A stretch of DNA of 64,000 nt from assembly GCA_045613785.1 (NCBI GenBank), contig JAZLBQ010000024.1, positions 1 to 64,000 on the forward strand, written 5' to 3'. Source of the DNA: Candidatus Enterousia sp. (GTDB lineage: Bacteria; Pseudomonadota; Alphaproteobacteria; Rs-D84). The notes beneath the pieces were generated by a model. It did not search any database, was not told the origin of the DNA, and saw only the letters and a program-made list of their open reading frames with translations. The position numbers and the translations under genes were made by a program. Below are positions 1 to 9,877 of this stretch, one piece after another (the stretch's first letter is position 1; each line of letters starts with the position of its first letter).

Positions 1-252
1 TACAGCGAAGATGTTGTAAAAGAAAAGTTCGGTGGTATGTATACTGCATTCCAATATGGTGCACCGCCACACGGTGGTTGTGCGTTCGGTTTGGATCGAC
101 TGGTTCAGATTATGCTGGACGAACCAAACTTGCGTCAGGTCGTGATTTTCCCAACAAATCAACGTGGACAAGACTTGATGATGGGGGCACCTACGACTGT
201 GACGGAAAAGCAGTTGCGTGAAGTTCATATTCAAGTTAGAAAAAAGAACTAA
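1..252 (+). CDS. aspS: Aspartyl-tRNA synthetase, C-terminal part (truncated by window start)
   Basis: Frame is open from base 1; class II motif 3 'YGAPPHGGCAFGLDRL' and tail 'DLMMGAP...QLREVHI'. Confidence 0.95.
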   Translation, partial: YSEDVVKEKFGGMYTAFQYGAPPHGGCAFGLDRLVQIMLDEPNLRQVVIFPTNQRGQDLMMGAPTTVTEKQLREVHIQVRKKN

Positions 253-257
253 AATAT

Positions 258-289
258 AAAAATCCCCCAAAAAAATGGGGGATTTTTTT
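258..289 (+). terminator. Intrinsic terminator after aspS
   Basis: aaaaatccccca-loop-tgggggattttttt hairpin followed by a T-run. Confidence 0.8.
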
Positions 290-358
290 GTGAATTCATA
301 CCTGTTGGCAATGATGTTTTCCTAGGTATAATTTGGGGCATAACAAACGAGAGATGTT

Positions 359-709
359 ATGCACAAAAATACAGATAAATTATGTGAATTATTGGGACTT
401 AGCCAGTATCAGGTGTGTAAATTAAAAACGCACTTTGAACGTTATAATTTTTCAGGCCTGCAAAAGCGGGGTGGGGTGTTGTATGCACCGTATGTCGTCC
501 ATGGATTTTGGCAGAAATTAGGACGGTTTGTGTTCGGTGTTCGTGCAGATTTAATCGGTGAAAATCGGGTCTTGTTGAGGGCACAAAGAAATATTAAATT
601 TTGTGCAAATGGATATCACTGTGTTCGGGTTGGACGATATGTTTATTATGCTAATGCCAAAGGACAAGTCGTTTCTCGTGATGAATTCTTGCAAAATAAA
701 TCAAAATAA
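359..709 (+). CDS. Hypothetical basic protein, 116 aa
   Basis: ATG preceded by 'gagaga'; fills the gap between aspS and a convergent gene; no motif recognised. Confidence 0.6.
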   Translation: MHKNTDKLCELLGLSQYQVCKLKTHFERYNFSGLQKRGGVLYAPYVVHGFWQKLGRFVFGVRADLIGENRVLLRAQRNIKFCANGYHCVRVGRYVYYANAKGQVVSRDEFLQNKSK

Positions 710-721
710 CTTGTATAAATT

Positions 722-3196
722 TTAGAATTTGTCGTGCGTTTTAACAAATGCACGCATAAAACCTGGGTCTAGTTCGGTCATTATTTCTGATAATGAATAC
801 TGGCGTTTGCCATCAGGCAGTATGCTTAGTGCAATGGTCGCAGGTGTTGGGGCAGTGCCACGCAGTGTTAAATCAAATTCAGCTGTCATTTTCCCGTCTG
901 TTATTGCCAGACCACCACGGCCGTTTATATGACGCATTGATATTTCTATCGGTTGTGTGGTAATAAAGTTGCCTGTTGAATAATCGCCAATAATACGCAT
1001 TTGTTTTAATGCTGTTTGACCTGATGTCAGGGCGTTGGCCAGGGCAAATTCTGCATTTAGTGAGGTTATGTTTTCCGCAGATGCATAGAATTTATCAAAT
1101 GACATGCCAATAAGATTGCCACCGTCAAATGTTAAATCAATGTTCCCCGCAAGATTATAGTAGATGTCGTGAGCAATCTGGCCAGATGTAGTCAACAAAA
1201 TCTGTCCTGTGATTGTAGTGTCTGCAACGTTTAATGGTAGCGTGTTGTTTAGTAGGGTGCCTTGGATAACGAATTTATTTAACTGGGCAAAGATGTCATA
1301 GTTGGTTTTGTTGCGTTCGATTGTTGCAAGAATGTTGCCACGATTAGAATCTGTAATTGAAAATGTTTGTGTGTTTGGTTTTAGGGTATAGATAAAATTT
1401 TGATATGAATCTGTGTTGTATATCAATGTGTCCGCAGATAAAGCGATATTTATTGGCAGATTAAATGGGGTAAGAATTGGGTCGTTAGTTAGGAATTCTT
1501 GATTCGCAAAGTCAGCAAAGAATTCAGCGTTCTTTATCTGGTCAAGTGATAGTTGTTTTGTGTGCAGTGTTAGTGTGTTGCCAGAATAACTGCCGTTGAA
1601 TTCGTGGTTTTGTGTTTTTATGTTCAGGTTAGATATACGGTTGTTGGAATAAAAACCTGTAATTGTATATGATGAATCATTTATTGATTGTAAATCTAGG
1701 TTTGGCAACCAGGTCTTGAAACTAAGCCCCATTAGGTAAAAGTAATTGTCATATGTTGATAGTTGCCATTGATTATTATATGGCGTAAAGGTTAGCATTC
1801 CGTTTTGCCATGAAAAATTACCAGGGGCATTTAATATAAAATCTGGTAAAAAGGGTAGGTCTAGTTTCAGCCAAGACAGGGTTTTGTCCTGGGCATAGGT
1901 ATAAGATATTTCTTTCTTGTTTCCGTCAATTTTATATATGCCGCCAACATCAGAAAACTGAAAGTTTATTGTTCCGGTTGTGCCAAGTTTCTTTATTAAA
2001 TCTTGTGTTTCCTTGTCAGTGGGCATCGGCAGGTTTGATTGAACAAATACATCAAATGTTCCGTTGTCAACAGATAGCGACCCCGACAAGTCCCCATAGG
2101 TAAATACTGCACATTCATATTTTTCAGGTGTGCCGGAAAATACACACATCGCATTAGTATCGTTTACGGGCATTGTAATCATTATGTTGTTTGCACCGTT
2201 TGCTGTGATTGTGCCGCCTGTGATTGCGACGTCGTCAGCGATTATGTTTGATATTTGCAGTTTATTGTTGTTGGATGTGGCTTGGATTCGCAAGTGTTTG
2301 AATGTGCGGTCTGCAAAGTGTAGTTTGCCATATAAATCCAAGTTAAATGTTGTGTCGTTTAGTAGTGTGTTCGGTTGTGTTAAAAATGAAAAATCAAAAT
2401 CTATGTTTTCAGATACCAGTTGGATAATACGTTCGCCAGATGGTGTGATTTCAATGTTGCCTGAGAAATTATCAGATTGAATACTGGTGAACTTATAACC
2501 ATTGCCACCATCCCATTCAAAGTTTGCTGTTAGTCGAACAGTGTTAGTGATTTTTGGAATCTCAAAATTAAACCATTCATTTATCTTGTCCGTTTCTATG
2601 GATATGTGCCCATTGATTGAGCCATCAGAATACATCTGGCCTGTTATTTCAAGTGAATTGTTCTTGTTCCTGATGTTAAAAGTATCACCAATAAATTCAA
2701 CGTCGTATTTATGTTTCTTGCTGCGAACAGTGCCGTGAAATTCCCCGTTCTTAAACTGGGCACGAATTATGTGAAATTTGCGACCAAATATTTCTATGTT
2801 GCTGTTGTAAATGTTGATGTTATGGTTAAAGCCAGCAGGTTCAAGTTTGTCGATTTTTATTGCTGCGTCATAGATTGATACATTGCGTTCTAGTTCAGCG
2901 TTTTTGATGTCAAAAAAATCAGAAAACGGAATCGATAGCATCACAGAACCAATTCTGGCCGTCGGAACAACAACATCGTGAACAACAATCGTTGCACCGC
3001 CAATCAGACTGAAATGGATATCACCATTTAACTTTGCTGGAACGGACATTTGGTTGTATATAGATTTTTCAATCGTAGGTTTGAATTGGTTCAGAGTTAT
3101 AAATGGTGGAATAATAATTACGCAAAGGGCAAGTGCACAAAATGTGCATGTCAATGACCAGAATAAGCGACGTTTATGTCTGGGTTTTAATGCCAT
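722..3196 (-). CDS. AsmA-like (bridge lipid-transfer family) membrane-anchored protein
   Basis: 824 aa; N-terminal TM followed by 'PFITLNQFKPTIEKSI...LNGDIHFSL'; beta-rich body; C-terminal 'GNIDLTFDGGNLIG...GQTALKQM' resembles the AsmA C-terminus. Confidence 0.65.
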   Translation of the reverse strand: MALKPRHKRRLFWSLTCTFCALALCVIIIPPFITLNQFKPTIEKSIYNQMSVPAKLNGDIHFSLIGGATIVVHDVVVPTARIGSVMLSIPFSDFFDIKNAELERNVSIYDAAIKIDKLEPAGFNHNINIYNSNIEIFGRKFHIIRAQFKNGEFHGTVRSKKHKYDVEFIGDTFNIRNKNNSLEITGQMYSDGSINGHISIETDKINEWFNFEIPKITNTVRLTANFEWDGGNGYKFTSIQSDNFSGNIEITPSGERIIQLVSENIDFDFSFLTQPNTLLNDTTFNLDLYGKLHFADRTFKHLRIQATSNNNKLQISNIIADDVAITGGTITANGANNIMITMPVNDTNAMCVFSGTPEKYECAVFTYGDLSGSLSVDNGTFDVFVQSNLPMPTDKETQDLIKKLGTTGTINFQFSDVGGIYKIDGNKKEISYTYAQDKTLSWLKLDLPFLPDFILNAPGNFSWQNGMLTFTPYNNQWQLSTYDNYFYLMGLSFKTWLPNLDLQSINDSSYTITGFYSNNRISNLNIKTQNHEFNGSYSGNTLTLHTKQLSLDQIKNAEFFADFANQEFLTNDPILTPFNLPINIALSADTLIYNTDSYQNFIYTLKPNTQTFSITDSNRGNILATIERNKTNYDIFAQLNKFVIQGTLLNNTLPLNVADTTITGQILLTTSGQIAHDIYYNLAGNIDLTFDGGNLIGMSFDKFYASAENITSLNAEFALANALTSGQTALKQMRIIGDYSTGNFITTQPIEISMRHINGRGGLAITDGKMTAEFDLTLRGTAPTPATIALSILPDGKRQYSLSEIMTELDPGFMRAFVKTHDKF

Positions 3197-3254
3197 TCTC
3201 TGTTCCCTTGTTTTTTTATTATAATGGATTATATTAGGAAATGTGAATAAAAAA

Positions 3255-5246
3255 ATGAAAAAAGCACAATTTTATCTTGATAGTGATTACAAGCCGATGG
3301 GGGATCAACCAACGGCAATCGCTGAATTGGTAAGCGGCGTAAATGAAGGGCGGCAATCTCAGGTCTTGCTGGGGGTGACAGGGTCTGGTAAAACTTTTAC
3401 AATGGCAAATGTTATCGCAGAATTAGGACGCCCTGCGTTGATTATGGCACCAAATAAAATCTTGGCTGCACAATTATATACTGAAATGAAATCTTTCTTT
3501 CCAAAAAATCATGTCGAATATTTCGTTTCTTATTATGACTATTATCAGCCAGAGGCATATATGCCGACAACTGATACTTATATCGATAAAGACGCATCTA
3601 TAAACGAGCAATTAGATCGTATGCGGCACAGTGCAACACGGGCAATGCTGGAAGAACGTGATGTTGTGGTGGTATCAAGTGTTTCTTCTATCTATGGTAT
3701 GGGGTCGCCTGAACAATATGCAGGTATGAAAGTGGTCTTAAACACAGGGGATTTAATCGGACAAAAAAATGTTATTCGTGCGCTGGTTGATATTCAATAT
3801 AAACGTAATGATGTGGCGTTCGAACGTGGTGATTTTAGAGTCCGTGGTGATGTCTTAGATATTTTCCCATCCCACGCACAGGATAGAGGCTGGAAATTGT
3901 CTTTCTGGGGGGACGAAATCGAAGAAATTTGGGAGTTTGATACCTTGACCGGGGCAAAGTTGCGTAAGTTAGATAGAGTTGCTATTTATCCTAATACTCA
4001 CTATGCTACGCCAATGCCTAGTATCTTGCAGGCCATCGCACAAATCAAAGACGATTTAAAAGACCGATTGAATTATTTCCATGAAAATATGAAGTATATC
4101 GAAGAACAACGTTTAAGAGAACGGGTGAATTTTGATATCGAAATGATGGAAAATACTGGAACGTGCAGGGGGGTGGAAAACTATTCTCGATATTTGTCGG
4201 GGCGTTTGCCTGGACAACCACCACCAACACTGTTTGAATATTTACCAAATGATGCGGTATTGTTTATTGATGAAAGCCATGTGACAGTGCCTCAGATTGG
4301 TGCAATGAGTCGTGGCGATAGGGCTAGAAAAGAAACTTTGTCGCAGTATGGTTTTAGATTGCCATCGTGTGTTGATAACAGACCGTTGACTTTTGACGAG
4401 TGGGATACATTGCGACCCCAGACTATTTTTGTTTCGGCAACACCAGGTGCATGGGAATTAGAACAGGCAGGTGGAATCGTTTCAGAACAAGTTATTCGTC
4501 CAACAGGATTGTTGGACCCTGTTTGTGATGTGCGACCAACACAAAATCAGGTCGATGACTTGTTAGGGCAGGTTAAAAATGTTCAAGGACGAGTGCTGGT
4601 AACAACACTTACAAAAAAAATGGCCGAGCAGTTGACAGACTATTTCGTTGAAAACGGGGTGCGGGCAAAATATCTGCACAGCGATATCGAGACCTTGGAA
4701 CGTATTGATTTGTTGCGTGATTTAAGATTGGGAAAATTTGATGTCTTGGTTGGTATCAATTTGCTGCGTGAAGGATTAGACGTGCCAGAGTGCGAATTGG
4801 TCGCAATTATGGATGCTGATAAAGAAGGGTTCTTGCGGTCAACACGATCTTTGATTCAAACAATTGGACGTGCAGCACGTAATGCAAATGGACGAGTCAT
4901 TTTGTATGCTGATAAAATAACCGAGTCTATGAAAAGTGCACTGGACGAAACACAACGCAGACGTGAAAAACAAATGGCATACAATCAGGCACACGGTATA
5001 ACACCAAAAACTGTTTCAAAAGCGGTCTTTGCTGAGGTTGGTGAAAAACAAGAAAAGACTGACAAAGGACGTAAATTTGTTTATGATAAGTCAGGTGGTG
5101 TTATGGACGCAGATGCAATTCGCAAGGAAATAAAAAAATTGAAACTGCAAATGCGACAAGCTGCCGAAGATTTAGAGTTCGAAAAGGCTGCACAGTTGCG
5201 TGATGCTGTCCGTCGTATGGAAGATGACTTGTTATTGGTGGAGTGA
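3255..5246 (+). CDS. uvrB: Excinuclease ABC subunit B
   Basis: GVTGSGKT Walker [38 protein letters not shown]-terminal UVR domain '[11 protein letters not shown]'. Confidence 0.98.
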   Translation: MKKAQFYLDSDYKPMGDQPTAIAELVSGVNEGRQSQVLLGVTGSGKTFTMANVIAELGRPALIMAPNKILAAQLYTEMKSFFPKNHVEYFVSYYDYYQPEAYMPTTDTYIDKDASINEQLDRMRHSATRAMLEERDVVVVSSVSSIYGMGSPEQYAGMKVVLNTGDLIGQKNVIRALVDIQYKRNDVAFERGDFRVRGDVLDIFPSHAQDRGWKLSFWGDEIEEIWEFDTLTGAKLRKLDRVAIYPNTHYATPMPSILQAIAQIKDDLKDRLNYFHENMKYIEEQRLRERVNFDIEMMENTGTCRGVENYSRYLSGRLPGQPPPTLFEYLPNDAVLFIDESHVTVPQIGAMSRGDRARKETLSQYGFRLPSCVDNRPLTFDEWDTLRPQTIFVSATPGAWELEQAGGIVSEQVIRPTGLLDPVCDVRPTQNQVDDLLGQVKNVQGRVLVTTLTKKMAEQLTDYFVENGVRAKYLHSDIETLERIDLLRDLRLGKFDVLVGINLLREGLDVPECELVAIMDADKEGFLRSTRSLIQTIGRAARNANGRVILYADKITESMKSALDETQRRREKQMAYNQAHGITPKTVSKAVFAEVGEKQEKTDKGRKFVYDKSGGVMDADAIRKEIKKLKLQMRQAAEDLEFEKAAQLRDAVRRMEDDLLLVE

Positions 5247-5249
5247 AAA

Positions 5250-5648
5250 ATGCAAGAATTTATTTTAAATAATGTCGAAGAAATGCGTGCTTGGGCAGCG
5301 GATTTTGCCAAGACTTTGAGTGTGCCGTCTGTGGTGGCATTACACGGAGATTTGGGTATGGGTAAATCTGAAATTGCACGTGCTGTTATTCAGACCTTGC
5401 GTGGGGCAGAAACTGTTGTGCCAAGCCCAACCTTTACAATCGTGCAGTCGTATGATGGAATTTCTCACTTTGATTTGTATCGTGTTGAAGACGCTGCAGA
5501 ACTGACCGAAATAGGCTTGGGGGACGCAATCGAAAATGATATAACCTTAATCGAGTGGCCAGAAATTGCAGCAGATATGCTGCCAGATAATACAATTCAC
5601 TTGTTTATAACACAAAATGGTGATGGGCGAAAAATTGTTCGTAAATAG
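5250..5648 (+). CDS. tsaE: tRNA threonylcarbamoyladenosine biosynthesis ATPase
   Basis: LHGDLGMGKS, VPSPTFTIVQSY, HFDLYR, LIEWPE. Confidence 0.95.
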   Translation: MQEFILNNVEEMRAWAADFAKTLSVPSVVALHGDLGMGKSEIARAVIQTLRGAETVVPSPTFTIVQSYDGISHFDLYRVEDAAELTEIGLGDAIENDITLIEWPEIAADMLPDNTIHLFITQNGDGRKIVRK

Positions 5649-5649
5649 G

Positions 5650-5740
5650 CTGGGAATATCTGCCTGTGGTTTTGATGCAAGATAATTGTTATTATCAAAG
5701 TGCAGACTTGCATCGAGGCTTTAGCCCGAACCACATCCCT
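5650..5740 (+). ncRNA. Candidate structured RNA, family unknown
   Basis: Nested stems tgtggtt/aaccaca, ttgatgcaag/cttgcatcga, gataat/attatc, ggc/gcc and ggga/tccc, plus a possible pseudoknot tctgc/gcaga. Confidence 0.35.
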
Positions 5741-5760
5741 AAAAAAACGCAGTGTTTGCA

Positions 5761-5790
5761 AAAAAAAACACCGGTTTCCCGGTGTTTTTT
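5761..5790. terminator. Bidirectional intrinsic terminator between tsaE and ftsA-rpe
   Basis: aaaaaaaacaccgg-tttc-ccggtgttttt. Confidence 0.85.
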
Positions 5791-5792
5791 GT

Positions 5793-7562
5793 TTATTTTT
5801 TTAACAGACTTTGCACCGCAAGTGGAAAATCAGGGGATTTTGCAAGATATGACCCAGATACCAATAGGTCTGCACCAGCAGCCCAACATTGTTGTGCTGT
5901 ATCAGGGTTGATGCCACCATCGACAGATATCAGGAATTTCAATCCATACTTTTTACGGGTAGCAGCCAAGACGGCGATTTTGTTTAATGAATCTGGGATA
6001 AAATCTTGAGATGCAGCACCAGGGGCAACAGACATTACCATTACTTCATCAATATCACGTAGTATCGTTTTAAGTAATGTAACAGATGATTCTGGGTGCA
6101 GGGCAATGCCAACACGACGTCCAGAGTTGCGAACGGTCTTGATGGCGTTTCGCAGTCCTGATGTGCCAGTTGATAATATAATTGTATCTGCACCAGCCGC
6201 AATCGCATCAGATGCCCAGACTGCTGGACTTTCTGTCATTAAATGCACGTGCAGGTGGGCGTTTGTGTGTGAACGGATGTTCTTTATCTGTTCGGTATTG
6301 TCGGTTACACGGTCAACATAAAAGCCGTCCATAATGTCAACGTGAATCATTGATATGCCACCTGATTTAAACAGCGTATATGTTTCAGGACGACGCATGT
6401 CAAAGCACAATGTGCTGGGCATAATAGGGATAAATTTATTTGTCTGGCGTGGACGACGTTGGAACAGCCGGGTAAACCAATTCGCACGACGGGCCCAACG
6501 ATCGTGGCGTGCCATATAACGATCACGGCGACCCGTCTGGGAACGCCATACATAATCAGACAAGGCACGGACAGATGCGTCTGTTGGTAAAATTTCTGTG
6601 ACGACTGCAAATGCGTTTTCGATAAATTCACGCAGGCCTTCGACCCCAGCACCGCCACCACTTAGAATAATCTTTGTCGGACGATGTTTTTTAAACGCAT
6701 TGGCACAGTCGTCTTTGATTTTTGCAATTATGTCAACCAATATCGGAATAACAATATCGTTTATATCACTGCGAGAAAACGCATAATCACGGTCTGCCGG
6801 CATAAAGCGGTCTGTTTCTTTTGGAACAACAGAGGCAACAGTGCATTTTATGCGGTCTGCTGTTTCAAAGTCTAGGTTCATTTTTTCTTGGATTGCGGTT
6901 GTTATCGTAGCACCGCCCATTGGTATCTTGGTATGGCAGACAGGACCACGTTTTGTCCAGATAGATGCTGATGTAAATGTTGCACCAAAATCAATAAACA
7001 GTGTTGTCTGATTTTCTGGACGATAGATTTCGTTTTGTAAAAAATGTGGGTCGTAAAAGGTGTCTGGCTGAATATGTGCGTTGTGCAGATGTTCTTGGAT
7101 TTTATTCAGGTCAGAACAATTATAATAAATAATGCCAAATACAGATATCAACTGTCTATCAATGTGGCCAATTGGGGATATCATATTCTTGGAATGAGGG
7201 GAATAATACCGCATTGGTATAATGTGCATCGGAAAATAGCCGTCAGGTGGCGTTATTTTTGATATCTGGTTGCGTATGTCCGATTGGGTTATCTTGTGTT
7301 CCCCAGACCAGGTTTGATTCTGAATAGACGAGTCATATATCGTTTGACCTAAATCACCCGTTATATAGGCAGTGTCAAAATGCGCACCAATTTGCTTTTC
7401 TAGTTCGTCAATTACGGATTTTATTCCAAATACTGTATCGGTGGTGTCAATGCTGAAATAGGCAGAATGATCAATGTTGGCCTTGTGAACACGGTGGGCC
7501 AATCCACGAACACAATGTGTGCCAATGTCTAGGCACAAAAATGACGAATCAAACAGGTTCAT
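5793..7562 (-). CDS. ftsA-rpe: Fusion: cell division protein FtsA (N-terminal ~370 aa) and ribulose-phosphate 3-epimerase Rpe (C-terminal ~215 aa)
   Basis: Actin-fold motifs LDIGT, FIDFGATFT, IPMGG, LSGGGA, directly downstream of ftsQ; Rpe motifs IHVDIMDG, HVHLM, VMSVAPG, SVDGGIN, GADLLVSGS; one uninterrupted 589-aa ORF. Confidence 0.9.
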   Translation of the reverse strand: MNLFDSSFLCLDIGTHCVRGLAHRVHKANIDHSAYFSIDTTDTVFGIKSVIDELEKQIGAHFDTAYITGDLGQTIYDSSIQNQTWSGEHKITQSDIRNQISKITPPDGYFPMHIIPMRYYSPHSKNMISPIGHIDRQLISVFGIIYYNCSDLNKIQEHLHNAHIQPDTFYDPHFLQNEIYRPENQTTLFIDFGATFTSASIWTKRGPVCHTKIPMGGATITTAIQEKMNLDFETADRIKCTVASVVPKETDRFMPADRDYAFSRSDINDIVIPILVDIIAKIKDDCANAFKKHRPTKIILSGGGAGVEGLREFIENAFAVVTEILPTDASVRALSDYVWRSQTGRRDRYMARHDRWARRANWFTRLFQRRPRQTNKFIPIMPSTLCFDMRRPETYTLFKSGGISMIHVDIMDGFYVDRVTDNTEQIKNIRSHTNAHLHVHLMTESPAVWASDAIAAGADTIILSTGTSGLRNAIKTVRNSGRRVGIALHPESSVTLLKTILRDIDEVMVMSVAPGAASQDFIPDSLNKIAVLAATRKKYGLKFLISVDGGINPDTAQQCWAAGADLLVSGSYLAKSPDFPLAVQSLLKK

Positions 7563-7580
7563 TTTACTAACCTTAGGCTG

Positions 7581-8261
7581 TTATTTAACAAGAATACGGG
7601 CGTTGTCACGCATGTCGATAACGGATATTTTTCGATCCAAAATCTTGTGTGTCTGGTTCATCGCTATCAGCGTGTTTATTGCAGATATCGCATCGTGTTC
7701 AGGTAATTTTACCGTGATGCCATTAAATGTATGTAAATCCCAGCGACGGTTTTCAATCCATTCAAGGTAATCAAGTTGGCCAATTAAATTTGATGCCGCG
7801 TTCGTTATTTCTGATATGTCGTTCGGAACAGTGCCGTGGAAAACAACGTGGTTTACATCACGGGTGTTGGTCGGTGTGTTCACGATTGTGCCATCTGCCG
7901 ATAAGGGAAAATAGTTTTCACCATCAGACCATAATGCAACCGCAGTGTATAATGACACACGGACAGATAAATTGCCGTTGGCAAGGCGACGAACAGCAGA
8001 TTTTTGAACGCCTGGAACAGATGATATTCGTGTGTTTATGTCTTCAAGATTTACAGAATATGATCGTGTGCCAGGGGCAATCGCAGCCGCACTGACGATG
8101 CCGGATAAATCCTTGGACTTTTGGTCGGCAGAAATCGAAATATTGCGAACACGGGATATATCACAGTGTCCCATTCCAACCATAATAATACGTGTGGCAA
8201 AATATATTGCCAAAATAACGGTAATCACAAAACACAGCCAAAACCAAATAGAACGTTTCAT
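7581..8261 (-). CDS. ftsQ: Cell division protein FtsQ/DivIB
   Basis: N-terminal TM, POTRA-like 'VQKSAVRR', 'NRRWDL', 'VKLPE', 'IDMRD'; upstream of ftsA. Confidence 0.85.
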   Translation of the reverse strand: MKRSIWFWLCFVITVILAIYFATRIIMVGMGHCDISRVRNISISADQKSKDLSGIVSAAAIAPGTRSYSVNLEDINTRISSVPGVQKSAVRRLANGNLSVRVSLYTAVALWSDGENYFPLSADGTIVNTPTNTRDVNHVVFHGTVPNDISEITNAASNLIGQLDYLEWIENRRWDLHTFNGITVKLPEHDAISAINTLIAMNQTHKILDRKISVIDMRDNARILVK

Positions 8262-8300
8262 AAATGCAATTATATCATATTTTTATGATATAGCCATTTT

Positions 8301-9305
8301 TTATTTTTCAAATTCAGATTTGTTTGGAAAACGCTGTGATAAATATGTCGTATTTTCGATTAAATCTTGGGCTGTGTTATCGCTGGAATCATTTATGCAA
8401 AATATTGCAGCGTGCTTTAATGATGTTTTGTGCCGTGAAACACTGGGGCAAACATAGGAAGAACGTCGAATGTCAAACCAGTGTATTGCATTGTAAATGC
8501 TGTCTAGGATTATGTTGCGACCACTTTTAGGTGGGCGAGCACGGCGAAAGGTTGCGTGGTTGGTGGCAACCTGATTCAATGTAAATAGCCAACGCTGAAA
8601 TTCCCAACTAACACGAAATTTGTTGCGGATTTGTTTGTCGATTGTGGGTTTGATTTTGGGCGAATTATAAAAATCAGACCAGACAGATTTTAGGTATGGG
8701 TCAATACCGTGTGATGGGGCAAAGGAATAAAATTTTTTGCCGTGGATTTCATGAATCTTTTTGGCACTGTTTAATATTGTTGAACGATATGTGTTTGATT
8801 TCTTTAGAATTTTGTCCAGTTTTTTATAGTCTGTTTTGCGATAGACATACAGGTTCTTTGCGTGGCCGTGTCGATCAAAGAAAAATGACGGTGATAATTG
8901 TCTGTTAAAAAATATGTCGTCGTTCATAAGTAGGAATTTTTCTGATAGGCCAGGTATATTTGGTATGCACATTTCTATGCTGTTTGAATTAAAGGTCGGT
9001 AGTGCATCAGCGGGTATGATTTGTTCGTGTGGAACAATTGTAATTTTTGGGTGGTCTGTGTTTAGCCATTTGGGAATCTGACCAAAGCCAGTTATGATAT
9101 AGATGTGATTTATAAATTTAGCGTTTTGGGCAACGCTTCGCAGGGAATAGAGCAGTTCGTCATTATCACGATAGCGTTCGCTTGAAGAAATACCAGTTTC
9201 ACAAGGTGGTGTTTGGAAGAATTTTTGTTCCCATTTTCTTTTTTGGCTTAGCCATTTTTTATCAGAACCGTCAACCCACAGGTAAACAATGTCGATTTTA
9301 TTCAT
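8301..9305 (-). CDS. Stealth-family hexose-1-phosphate transferase (capsule/exopolysaccharide)
   Basis: CR1 'IDIVYLWVDGSD', CR2 'RYRDNDELLYSLRS...PTFNSNSIE...FLLMNDDIF', CR4 'FCIND...RFPNKSEFEK'; start taken at MNKID. Confidence 0.9.
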   Translation of the reverse strand: MNKIDIVYLWVDGSDKKWLSQKRKWEQKFFQTPPCETGISSSERYRDNDELLYSLRSVAQNAKFINHIYIITGFGQIPKWLNTDHPKITIVPHEQIIPADALPTFNSNSIEMCIPNIPGLSEKFLLMNDDIFFNRQLSPSFFFDRHGHAKNLYVYRKTDYKKLDKILKKSNTYRSTILNSAKKIHEIHGKKFYSFAPSHGIDPYLKSVWSDFYNSPKIKPTIDKQIRNKFRVSWEFQRWLFTLNQVATNHATFRRARPPKSGRNIILDSIYNAIHWFDIRRSSYVCPSVSRHKTSLKHAAIFCINDSSDNTAQDLIENTTYLSQRFPNKSEFEK

Positions 9306-9364
9306 TTTTTTCCCTGAACTATAATTCAGTTGAATTATAGTCATAGGAATAGTTTCTGTGCAAC

Positions 9365-9868
9365 CTACTTTTTCCCAAAGTGTTTTTTCAAAATTTCATA
9401 GGCTGATGATATGCGGGCAAATTCTGCGGCGGCATTTTTCTTGTCTGTTGCTGTGTCGGGGTGGTATTTTTTCGCCAAGGCACGATATTTTGTTCCGACT
9501 TCACGCCAGGTGGCAGAAATTCCTAAATCAAAGACTTTTAATGCAGAAACAACCGTAGATGGTAGTTTGCTTTTTGCAGGTGTTTTATCAAATTGACTGC
9601 GGCCTGTGATAAAGTCGTTGATGAATTTTGCATAATCAGCAGCGTCAGTTTTCGCAGTTTCTTTGTCTTTTAAAGCAGCACCAAATGTTTGACGTTCCCA
9701 ATCTGCTTCGATTTCTTCGGGGGTCATGTTGGCGTAAAAATTCCAGTTCTTGTTATATTCGGCGGCGTGTTCTTGGCAGAAAAACCAATATTCACGTAAA
9801 TCACGTGTCTTTGGTGCCCGGCATGTGCCGGCCTTGGTGCAGCCTGGGTGATCACATTTCTTTATCAT
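9365..9868 (-). CDS. DnaJ-domain protein with N-terminal Cys/His motif
   Basis: CDHPGC...RAPK...WFFCQEHAAEYN; C-terminal J domain with HPD. Confidence 0.9.
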   Translation of the reverse strand: MIKKCDHPGCTKAGTCRAPKTRDLREYWFFCQEHAAEYNKNWNFYANMTPEEIEADWERQTFGAALKDKETAKTDAADYAKFINDFITGRSQFDKTPAKSKLPSTVVSALKVFDLGISATWREVGTKYRALAKKYHPDTATDKKNAAAEFARISSAYEILKKHFGKK

Positions 9869-9877
9869 TTTGAACCT

